Assembly (NCBI GenBank): GCA_964549685.1
Contig: CAZJVE010000002.1
Location: 79,520 to 143,519, forward strand
Reading direction: 5' to 3'
Length of the DNA stretch: 64,000 nt
From: an uncultured archaeon
Lineage (GTDB): Archaea > Altiarchaeota > Altiarchaeia > IMC4 > QMZM01
The notes beneath the pieces are model-generated. The model worked only from the letters and a program-made list of their open reading frames with translations, made no database searches and was not told the DNA's origin. The number at the start of each line of letters is the position of its first letter. Within the stretch, counting starts at the first letter, position 1. Below, piece after piece: positions 13,397 to 20,236 of this stretch. The position numbers and the translations under genes were made by a program.

Positions 13397-16018
13397 TTAT
13401 TGGTTCGCCCAGTTATCGATGGCATCGATTACGTCAGCCAATTCGGCCTCCTCGTTCTGCCAGAGGTTTATGATATCTATGACCTCTGCCAGGCTCACCT
13501 CCCCATCGCAGTCAGAATCGCCCGTTAGACACACTATCGTCGTGCTCGTGGACGTGGTGCTGGTCGAGGTGGTCGTGGTTAGCACTGTCATGCTCAGGTC
13601 CCATTCTACTGGTATGAAGTTCTGCTTCGTTACTGTGAGGTTCATGGAGTCGTTGCCGGCGACGGTTACCTGAAGCGCCGCATCGCCCGAGGAATTGGTG
13701 TAGGCATTGGCGTATGAGCCCGAGTTCTGCAGGCAGACCCTCGCATCCTCGACAGGGCCGGCTGAACCGTTAACGGAAACCACTATTGAATTCTCCCCCA
13801 GATAAATCTCGCTGGGGAATTCCACGGTGAAATTCTCCGGGACCGAGGTCCATATCGGAACCTCAGGGTCTCCCAGGAGGTTGTAGTCCGCAAAGTTCTT
13901 CTTCGAGGCATCTCCGCCGCCCCATCCCTCATCCGTTGGCCACTGGTTGACGTAATACCATCTCTTCATGTCCGCCAGCGTCTTCCCCGGCTGATGGCTT
14001 CCGTTGATGAACTGCTCGAAGAACCTGTAAACCAGCTCCTGGTTGAAGCCGTCGCCAAGGACCCATCCCTGCGTGTAGTAGCTGGTCCTTGTGGCCCCCA
14101 CATAGCCGATGGCCCAGTTCTTCAGCACCTCGTTGCCGAGAGAGCCTGTCTGGTCGAATGCCCCGGTTAAACAGGAATCTGCATAGACAAGCGGCAGCAT
14201 CCCGCCGTTTGCAGGGTCCGTCCCGGTATCTACAAAGGCGTCGCATGTCTGGCACGGTACCGACACGGTATATAGCCCGTGGCCTGACCAGGTTACAAGG
14301 GAATTCCCATAGCCTGCATAGGTCTCAAAATTGGAATATGTGAGTGCAGCATCCCTGTCGTACGTGCTGGAATGATACAGTCTGTAATTCGAGAAATTCC
14401 CCGGTTCCAGTAAATCAGCCCTGACCAGCTCCATCAGATAGGCATCGTCAGTGGTGTCGTCGGATACCCCTCCCGCAAGAACCGCCCTCGAGAACCACTC
14501 GCTGCTGTTCGTGGGCGGTGATTTCTCATAGCTGATTATGGCACTGACAAGGCTCTCAATCTCCGTTGCTGTTGATACCGGCAGCCTCCCGACGTAGACG
14601 TCGGGAATCCAGTCCGTTACCTCGTCCCCGACCCCGGTGTGTTCATTCTCTCCATAGTTGGAGTCCCAGTCGCTATTCCAGTCCCCGCCAAGGCAGCTAT
14701 AGTAGTAGTCGGTCGGCACACTATCCTCGTCGCCTTCATACCAGTCCCTGCTCACTCTCAACGAGGGGACCTGGCTGTCCGAGCCTGCAAGAAGAACCCA
14801 TTCCGCCCCCTCGCTGTATCTGTCGATGATGAAATCCCTAATCATCTTCTGCGGTGGATTCTCATGGGAATTCAAATCCATTGCACTGAAGCCGGAAACG
14901 GTCCAGTTGGTGGTTGAATTCCCCTCCGCCAGGAAGAGAACTTCCTGGTCCGTAACTACAGAAACATTGTCCAGCCACCAGCCGCCGAAGCTGACGTAGG
15001 TGTCGGTAACATAGTAGAACCTAAGGTAGATTTCCTCCCCGGCGTAGCTGTCCATGTTTATAGTATCCTGCACCCAGGAGCTGTTCCCGGTATAGGCATA
15101 GGCGCCCTCCGTCCCTACATAGGCCTCCGGCTCCCGGTAGTCGGTCATCTGCCCGCCCTGCAGTTGGGTCCAGTTTTCTCCATTGCTTGAGACCTCGATG
15201 TAGCCAAAGTCCCAGCCCTTCTCGACCTTGAATTTTGTCATGAGCGTCAGCTTCGCAGTGGTTGCATTGCTCAGGTTCAGTGTTCTCTGCATATAGTTGC
15301 TCTGGTCGTTGCCTGTCCCAGAATGGAAAACATAGTTCTCGGTTCCGTTGTAGCTCTGATAAATCCACTGCACGGTATATATCTCTGCTGGAACGCCCTT
15401 CTTCGTCTTCCATTCCTTCAATGGCTCCAGGGAAGAGTTCAAAGAGGAGTCGGTTATTATCAGATACTTCGTTGCGTTGGAGACAGTAAGTGTGCCCACC
15501 TTTCTCTTCTTCGGGAGTTCGTATTCAAGGCGTAGCGAGACCCTCCTATGGAAGAGCAGGCTGCCACCACTATATTGCAGCGGGAAGATTGAGACCGATA
15601 CCAGCTTGTGGTCCTTAAAACCATCGATAATCCAGAAGGAATAGACGTCTTCTGGGAACAGAAGGGACTGACCACCTGCCGTTTTAAGCGCCGGGGGATT
15701 CCCCCCTGTAGTCATGATTACGGGCTGCTTCGACAGGACAAGGCCATCGACCTCGCCGAGGGATTCCGTTTCTGTGTCCTCCAGAATTACCTGAATATTC
15801 ATAGCATCCCGGGGAATTTCCACGAACTCTCTCTTCATGGGTAGCCTTGGTTCATTGGGAATGGCTGTAAAATCAAGGCCCGGAATCTCATACTGGATTC
15901 CCTCATCGCTCTGGAATGCCGTCGGCTCCTGGAACTCAAAATCCAGATGCGTGCTCTCGGCCGAGACCGAGGCCGAAAGAAGGAAAAGCAACAGCAGCGC
16001 TCCAAACCTGTTCGACAT
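13397..16018 (-). CDS. secreted C25 (gingipain-like) cysteine protease with inserted MAM/InhA-like beta-sandwich and dockerin-like C-terminus
   Basis: Start moved to ATG 16018 (MSNRFGALLLLFLLSASVSA signal peptide). LIITDSSL...LKEWKTKKG, VYVGRLPV, catalytic-type WSGHG and YADSCLTG. Insert GWDFGYIEVSSNGENWTQL. C-terminal Thr linker plus module. Confidence 0.75.
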   Translation of the reverse strand: MSNRFGALLLLFLLSASVSAESTHLDFEFQEPTAFQSDEGIQYEIPGLDFTAIPNEPRLPMKREFVEIPRDAMNIQVILEDTETESLGEVDGLVLSKQPVIMTTGGNPPALKTAGGQSLLFPEDVYSFWIIDGFKDHKLVSVSIFPLQYSGGSLLFHRRVSLRLEYELPKKRKVGTLTVSNATKYLIITDSSLNSSLEPLKEWKTKKGVPAEIYTVQWIYQSYNGTENYVFHSGTGNDQSNYMQRTLNLSNATTAKLTLMTKFKVEKGWDFGYIEVSSNGENWTQLQGGQMTDYREPEAYVGTEGAYAYTGNSSWVQDTINMDSYAGEEIYLRFYYVTDTYVSFGGWWLDNVSVVTDQEVLFLAEGNSTTNWTVSGFSAMDLNSHENPPQKMIRDFIIDRYSEGAEWVLLAGSDSQVPSLRVSRDWYEGDEDSVPTDYYYSCLGGDWNSDWDSNYGENEHTGVGDEVTDWIPDVYVGRLPVSTATEIESLVSAIISYEKSPPTNSSEWFSRAVLAGGVSDDTTDDAYLMELVRADLLEPGNFSNYRLYHSSTYDRDAALTYSNFETYAGYGNSLVTWSGHGLYTVSVPCQTCDAFVDTGTDPANGGMLPLVYADSCLTGAFDQTGSLGNEVLKNWAIGYVGATRTSYYTQGWVLGDGFNQELVYRFFEQFINGSHQPGKTLADMKRWYYVNQWPTDEGWGGGDASKKNFADYNLLGDPEVPIWTSVPENFTVEFPSEIYLGENSIVVSVNGSAGPVEDARVCLQNSGSYANAYTNSSGDAALQVTVAGNDSMNLTVTKQNFIPVEWDLSMTVLTTTTSTSTTSTSTTIVCLTGDSDCDGEVSLAEVIDIINLWQNEEAELADVIDAIDNWANQ
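13400..13534 (-). other. dockerin-like module, copy 4 of 6
   Basis: VCLTGDSDCDGEVSLAEVIDIINLWQNEEAELADVIDAIDNWANQ. Confidence 0.6.
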
Positions 16019-16038
16019 AATCTCTATTTGCCTGCCAA

Positions 16039-16048
16039 TATTTAAATA
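16039..16048. promoter_or_regulatory. palindromic TATA-like box TATTTAAATA between divergent genes
   Basis: Perfect 10-bp AT palindrome, 28 nt upstream of the sec61-beta ATG (16076) and 21 nt upstream of the C25 protease ATG (16018). This spacing fits short-leader or leaderless archaeal transcripts. Confidence 0.45.
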
Positions 16049-16075
16049 CACAGAACTATCTTTTAATATAGCAAG

Positions 16076-16237
16076 ATGCCTGCAATGAAAAAGAGAGAGT
16101 ACGGCGGCCCCGCGGGAGGGGCAGGACTAATCCGCTACTTCGACGTCGACGAAGGCGGCCCCAAGCTCGATCCGAAGTTCGTGCTCGGAATAGTCATAGC
16201 CGTAATCCTTCTTGAGATTCTTACGAACATGTTTTGA
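16076..16237 (+). CDS. secG: preprotein translocase subunit Sec61beta (archaeal SecG)
   Basis: 53-aa ORF below the track cutoff: MPAMKKREYGGPAGGAGLIRYFDVDEGGPKLDPKFVLGIVIAVILLEILTNMF. It has the conserved AGLIRYFD motif and a single C-terminal TM helix. Confidence 0.85.
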   Translation: MPAMKKREYGGPAGGAGLIRYFDVDEGGPKLDPKFVLGIVIAVILLEILTNMF

Positions 16238-16255
16238 TTGAACCGCAAAATGTGG

Positions 16256-16274
16256 CTGAATGCTTCGCATTCAG
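16256..16274. terminator. perfect hairpin ctgaatgc-ttc-gcattcag
   Basis: 8-bp stem with a 3-nt loop (GCGAAGC on the minus strand), located between convergent sec61-beta and SRP RNA. Confidence 0.35.
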
Positions 16275-16328
16275 ACACGCGCCCGACAAAGTCGGCCGCG
16301 TCGGTTCACGCTTTGTGCGACATACGCT

Positions 16329-16362
16329 AATTGCGACGTCGCCTTCCTCCGTCGCAATTTTT
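16329..16362 (+). terminator. hairpin plus T-tract (intrinsic-terminator-like)
   Basis: 10-bp stem aattgcgacg/cgtcgcaatt with an 11-nt loop, running into TTTTT (16358..16362) downstream of sec61-beta. Confidence 0.4.
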
Positions 16363-16363
16363 C

Positions 16364-16384
16364 AAAATTCGCTTCGCGAATTTT
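16364..16384. terminator. symmetric hairpin aaaattcgc-ttc-gcgaatttt (bidirectional terminator-like)
   Basis: 9-bp stem with A-tract and T-tract arms, so either strand gives a stem followed by U-rich 3' sequence. The minus strand reads GCGAAGC at the apex. Confidence 0.4.
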
Positions 16385-16400
16385 CAAATCGCTAGTCGCA

Positions 16401-16432
16401 TGTGAATTCTCTAGAAATTTACCGGGAAATTC
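16401..16432. repeat. GAATTC-based intergenic motif, copy A
   Basis: TGTGAATTC[TCTAGAAATTT]ACCGGGAAATTC. Compare 58218..58243 (TGTGAATTCACCGGGGAATTTCC) and 30686..30708 (TTGAATTCACCAGCAGAATTTCC). Confidence 0.5.
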
Positions 16433-16438
16433 AGTTAT

Positions 16439-16711
16439 GGCGAACAGGTCCGGGAGTGAATCTACCAGCTGAACACCGGCAACCTGAGTACATCCTCGTT
16501 CCCGCTACCCCACCAGCACCCTCTAGAGAGGTTAGGGCTGCTCCCGTCAAGGTCTGACCCGGTTCCCCCGGAAGAAAGTCCGGTAAGACGAGAGGTCATA
16601 GTCAGAAACTCAGACCGAATGAACGGCTGATAGACTGCCTCCCGGACTTCAGCTTTCCCTAAAGGCGATTGGGAATTACAGAGGACGCCTACCCCTCCAG
16701 CCTAGTTCACC
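16439..16711 (-). ncRNA. ffs: signal recognition particle RNA (archaeal 7S type), ~273 nt
   Basis: The minus-strand read shows four features. (1) Alu-domain CUAGGCUGGAGGGGUAGGCGUCCUCUGUAAUUCCCAAUCGCC, where loop GGCG and loop CGCC are complementary. (2) Helix-5 pairs GUCCGGGAG/CUCCCGGAC and UCUAUCAGC/GCUGGUAGA. (3) Helix-8 region GGGGGAACCGGGUCAGACCUUGACGGGAGCAGCCC followed by GUGCUGGUGGGGUAGCGGGA (compare human ACGGAGCAGGUC...GUGCUGAUCAGUAGUGGGA). (4) Termini GGUGAAC/GUUCGCC pair. Ends are +/-5 nt. Confidence 0.8.
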
Positions 16712-16748
16712 GTAAGATATGTGGATTATAGACCTAAAAATTCCCAGC

Positions 16749-16757
16749 TATTTAAAT
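16749..16757. promoter_or_regulatory. TATA-like box TATTTAAAT between divergent SRP RNA and ftsZ
   Basis: Lies 46 nt upstream of the ftsZ ATG and ~38 nt upstream of the inferred SRP RNA 5' end. Confidence 0.35.
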
Positions 16758-16802
16758 CAGAAAACTAATATCTATGTATTCGTTTAATCTCACTGAAACA
16801 AG

Positions 16803-17897
16803 ATGGATTCCATAGTAAATGCTGCTATACAGCACGGAAGTCTGGAAAAAAGGTCCTTTGATGAATTTGAAGACACTGACAAACTAAAGATAGTCGTTCT
16901 TGGTACAGGCGGAGGCGGAAACAACACAATAAATAGGCTGCAGCACATAGGCATAGAGGGCGCTGAGCTGATTGCCGCCAACACAGACAAGCAGGATTTG
17001 CAGAAGTTGGAGGGAGATGTAACGAAGATTCTAATTGGAGCCAAATTGATGCGCGGCCTTGGCGCTGGCGGATTCCCGGAGATGGGAGAGAAGGCTGCTG
17101 AAGCATCAAGGCACGAATTAGCCGACCTACTTGCTGATACACACCTTCTGTTCCTGACAGCGGGAATGGGCGGCGGCACCGGAACCGGCTCAGCCCCCGT
17201 AATCGCAGAAATCGCAAGGGACCAGGGCGCGATAGTAGTAGCTATAGTAACATTCCCATTCAACCTGGAGAGAACAAGGTTGAATGTCGCAAGGGCAGGA
17301 ATCGACCGCCTGAGAAAGGTTGCCGATACAGTCATAGTCCTTGACAACAACAAGCTTGTGCAGTACGTACCTAACCTCCCGATAGACAAGGCCTTCTCTG
17401 TTGCGGATGAGGTCGTTGCAAGGGCAGTCAAGGGAATTACCGAAACAATCATGGAGCCCAGCCTAATCAACCTCGACTTCGCAGACATAAAGTCCGTCCT
17501 CGGAGGGGGCCAAGTTGCGGTCATCTCCGTCGGAGATGGAGAGGGCCCGGACAAGGTCGAGCGGGCAGTTGAGAATACTCTGGCACAGCCGCTCCTTGAG
17601 GTAAGTTATGCGGATGCTAGCGGAGCATTAATCCATATAACTGGTGGAGAGGAGATGACACTCGGCGAGGCCAACGCAGTCGGCGAGCTCATAACCAAGG
17701 AGCTTAGAGCCGATGCATCAGTAACCTGGGGCGCCAGGGTCGAGCCAAGCCTGAAGGAGAAGATTCAGGTCATCGCAATCCTGACGGGAATAAAGTCTCC
17801 GAACATACTCTCAACCTGCGACGATGACAGCAGAACAGGCGCCTTCGTATATACTGAAGAATTCCACAGGTGGTCCAGAGGCCTTCCCGAAGTATAG
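16803..17897 (+). CDS. ftsZ: cell division GTPase FtsZ
   Basis: GTGGGGNN, the tubulin signature GGGTGTGSAP, and the T7 region NLDFADIK. Confidence 0.95.
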   Translation: MDSIVNAAIQHGSLEKRSFDEFEDTDKLKIVVLGTGGGGNNTINRLQHIGIEGAELIAANTDKQDLQKLEGDVTKILIGAKLMRGLGAGGFPEMGEKAAEASRHELADLLADTHLLFLTAGMGGGTGTGSAPVIAEIARDQGAIVVAIVTFPFNLERTRLNVARAGIDRLRKVADTVIVLDNNKLVQYVPNLPIDKAFSVADEVVARAVKGITETIMEPSLINLDFADIKSVLGGGQVAVISVGDGEGPDKVERAVENTLAQPLLEVSYADASGALIHITGGEEMTLGEANAVGELITKELRADASVTWGARVEPSLKEKIQVIAILTGIKSPNILSTCDDDSRTGAFVYTEEFHRWSRGLPEV

Positions 17898-18596
17898 CTA
17901 CTTCTTTCTCTTCTCGGACGCTTTTCTGAATACTCCAGTCAGAGTAGTTGCCTCCAGCCCCGAGATGAATGCCCGGCCTATCAGCTGCCTGAACGTCTTC
18001 TTTGCTACTCTCTTCCTAAAATCTTCCTTATAGACCGAGTCAACGAGGGCGCTGAACTTTTCCAGCATGATGTCCTTCTCAATCTTCTTTGCCTTCCTGA
18101 ACTTCCTGAGCCCTTTCCTGTTAGAAGCCTTTGAAATCTCGTAGAGGACTATCGCCACGGACTGCGACAGGTTCAGGGTCGGATACTCATCACTCGCCGG
18201 AATCGTAACCAGCATGTCGCACTCCTTTATCTCTTCGTTCAGCAGCCCCGTATCCTCTCTACCAAAGAGAATCCCCACCTTCCCGTCCAGGTCCAGGGAA
18301 TTCCCCAGCTCCTCCGGAGCCACGGGAGACCTCATCGCATTACTATCTCCTGCTATAACCGCGCTAGTAGCAACAAGAAAGTCGAATTTCCCGGCCAGCT
18401 CATCGAAGCTCTTCAGCACCTCGGCGCCCTTCAAGATATCTATGCCGTGCATGGCCATCGCTCTTGCTTCTCCTTCAAGCTTCGGCGGCTTTACAAGGAC
18501 AAGGCTGCTGAAACCGAAGTTCTTCATGGCCCTCGCTACCGAGCCGATGTTGCCCTGATACTTTGGCTGCACCAATACCACAAAAAATTCGGCCAT
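17898..18596 (-). CDS. trmJ: SPOUT (SpoU/TrmH-class, TrmJ-like) RNA 2'-O-methyltransferase
   Basis: VVLVQPKYQGNIGSVARAMKNFGF N-terminus, FGREDTGL, and a LNLSQSVAIVLYE knot motif. Confidence 0.75.
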   Translation of the reverse strand: MAEFFVVLVQPKYQGNIGSVARAMKNFGFSSLVLVKPPKLEGEARAMAMHGIDILKGAEVLKSFDELAGKFDFLVATSAVIAGDSNAMRSPVAPEELGNSLDLDGKVGILFGREDTGLLNEEIKECDMLVTIPASDEYPTLNLSQSVAIVLYEISKASNRKGLRKFRKAKKIEKDIMLEKFSALVDSVYKEDFRKRVAKKTFRQLIGRAFISGLEATTLTGVFRKASEKRKK

Positions 18597-18634
18597 ACCG
18601 TTAGTTATAAGTCACTCAAGATTAATTATTTAAC

Positions 18635-20185
18635 ATGAGATTCATAGGGACCATTCATGGCAAGGTCGACCCCACCAACTTCGACATACTTCTTGCTGTA
18701 GCAGATGTCGAGAAGGGGAGCTTCGTGAAGATAAACCACGAGCTCTATGGTTGGGTCCTTGCCAGGATAGAGAACCTGAACAGATACCTTGAAAAGAGCG
18801 AGGAGGTAATCCTGGCGAAGGCCAGGACAATAGGTTACAAGGAAGGCAACCACATACTCATACCAAAGACGCCCTTCAAGCCCCAGGAGAAGGTCTATTC
18901 TGCCGACAGGGAGTTGATAGCCGATATCATAGGCCTGAAGAAGACTAAGACGGACAACCTCTACCTTGGCCTCCTTGAGGGCCACGACATCCCGGTCTAC
19001 CTCGACACGGACAAATGCATAAGCAAGCACATGTCCGTCCTTGCAAAGACGGGGGCAGGAAAGAGCTATACTGTGGGAGTCATCCTCGAGGAACTGCTCA
19101 AGGGCAGGTTCCCCATAGTCATAATCGACCCGCACGGCGAGTATTCCAGCCTGAAGCACGAGAGCGAGGACTACGACTCCATGCTCCCGTACGGCACCAA
19201 GCCCAGGGCCTATGACAACCAGATAAAGGAATATGCTGCCAATATCATCACAAACCCCGAGGCAAGGAAATTCACTATCCGGCCGAAGTTCACTCTTGAG
19301 GAGCTGGTCGAGATTCTGCCCATGAGGCTTACTGACAAGCAGAAGTCCATAGTCTATGACGTCCTGCGCAGAGTCGAGCACCAGGAGTACACCATCCAGG
19401 ACCTCATAAATGCGGTAAGGATGGAGGAGAGCAAGGCAAAGTGGAAAGTCATAAGCGGCCTTGAATCGCTGCGAAACTCCGGCATCTTCGACGGCAAGCC
19501 CCTTGCAGAGAAGGACCTGGTAAAGGGGGGCCAGGCCACCGTAATCAACCTGAAGGGAGCAGAACCAAGGATACAGGAGCTCATAGTCTCGAAGGTCTCC
19601 AAGGACCTGTTCAACGCGATAAAGGTTGGCGATATTCCTGCATTCTTCTACCTGGTCGAGGAGGCGCACAACTTCTGCCCTGAAAGGGGCTTCGGGGACA
19701 CGCTCTCATCACAAATTCTCCGCGACATCGCATCCGAGGGAAGGAAGTTTGGATTGCATCTGTGTGTTGTTTCACAGAGGCCCGCCAGGATAGACAAGAA
19801 CGTCCTCTCCCAGTGCAACACACAGGTCATTCTCAAGGTAACGAACCCCAACGACCTCAGGGCCCTTGGGCAGTCCATAGAGGGCTTCACCCCCGGGATG
19901 GAGAACGACATAAAGCAGCTCTCCGTGGGGCAGGCCCTTGTTGTTGGCGAATGCGTCGAGCAGCCGATTACAATCAACATAAGGGCAAGAGAAACCAGGC
20001 ACGGCGGCTCCAGAGGCAAGGAGGCAAAGCCAAGGCCCGAGACAAAGCCCGGCATCGTGGAAAAGATAAAGCCCGTCTTCATCAAGGAGGATGAGCAGCC
20101 AACACCCATCACAAAGGAGCAGCCCAAAAAGAAGAAGAAAACCAAGTGGGGCCTGGTCAAGAAAATATTTCTGAAGGATGAGTGA
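18635..20185 (+). CDS. HerA/DUF87-type P-loop ATPase (COG0433-like) with Lys-rich tail
   Basis: Walker A LAKTGAGKSY, IIDPHGEY, Walker B-region FFYLVEEAHNF, and SQRPARIDKNVLSQCNTQVILKVTNPNDL. The C-terminus contains KEQPKKKKKTKW. Confidence 0.8.
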   Translation: MRFIGTIHGKVDPTNFDILLAVADVEKGSFVKINHELYGWVLARIENLNRYLEKSEEVILAKARTIGYKEGNHILIPKTPFKPQEKVYSADRELIADIIGLKKTKTDNLYLGLLEGHDIPVYLDTDKCISKHMSVLAKTGAGKSYTVGVILEELLKGRFPIVIIDPHGEYSSLKHESEDYDSMLPYGTKPRAYDNQIKEYAANIITNPEARKFTIRPKFTLEELVEILPMRLTDKQKSIVYDVLRRVEHQEYTIQDLINAVRMEESKAKWKVISGLESLRNSGIFDGKPLAEKDLVKGGQATVINLKGAEPRIQELIVSKVSKDLFNAIKVGDIPAFFYLVEEAHNFCPERGFGDTLSSQILRDIASEGRKFGLHLCVVSQRPARIDKNVLSQCNTQVILKVTNPNDLRALGQSIEGFTPGMENDIKQLSVGQALVVGECVEQPITINIRARETRHGGSRGKEAKPRPETKPGIVEKIKPVFIKEDEQPTPITKEQPKKKKKTKWGLVKKIFLKDE

Positions 20186-20236
20186 GGGAGATACACAACA
20201 GCACAAGTGGCTAGGTTCGTTCTCTCTATCTTATTA

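Noticed and set aside
16260-16472. 70-aa plus-strand ORF in the sec61-beta/SRP spacer
   Set aside because: It runs through a series of perfect hairpins and into the SRP RNA 3' end. It has no start context and an implausible Arg/Cys-rich sequence.
16560-16640. Plus-strand GGAAGAAAGTCCGGTAAGA resembling the RNase P RNA CR-I (GAGGAAAGUCCGG)
   Set aside because: The same region read on the minus strand fits SRP RNA far better, with the Alu domain, helix-5 pairings and the GGGAGCAGC...GUGCUGGUGGGGUAG helix 8/5 signature. No P4 partner or CR-V (ACAGAA..GGCUUA) could be placed.
16790-17554. 254-aa minus-strand ORF
   Set aside because: It is antisense to ftsZ, whose tubulin signature GGGTGTG lies on the plus strand.
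18626-19669. 347-aa minus-strand ORF
   Set aside because: It is antisense to the HerA-like ATPase, which has Walker A/B motifs on the plus strand. The minus frame has no motifs.
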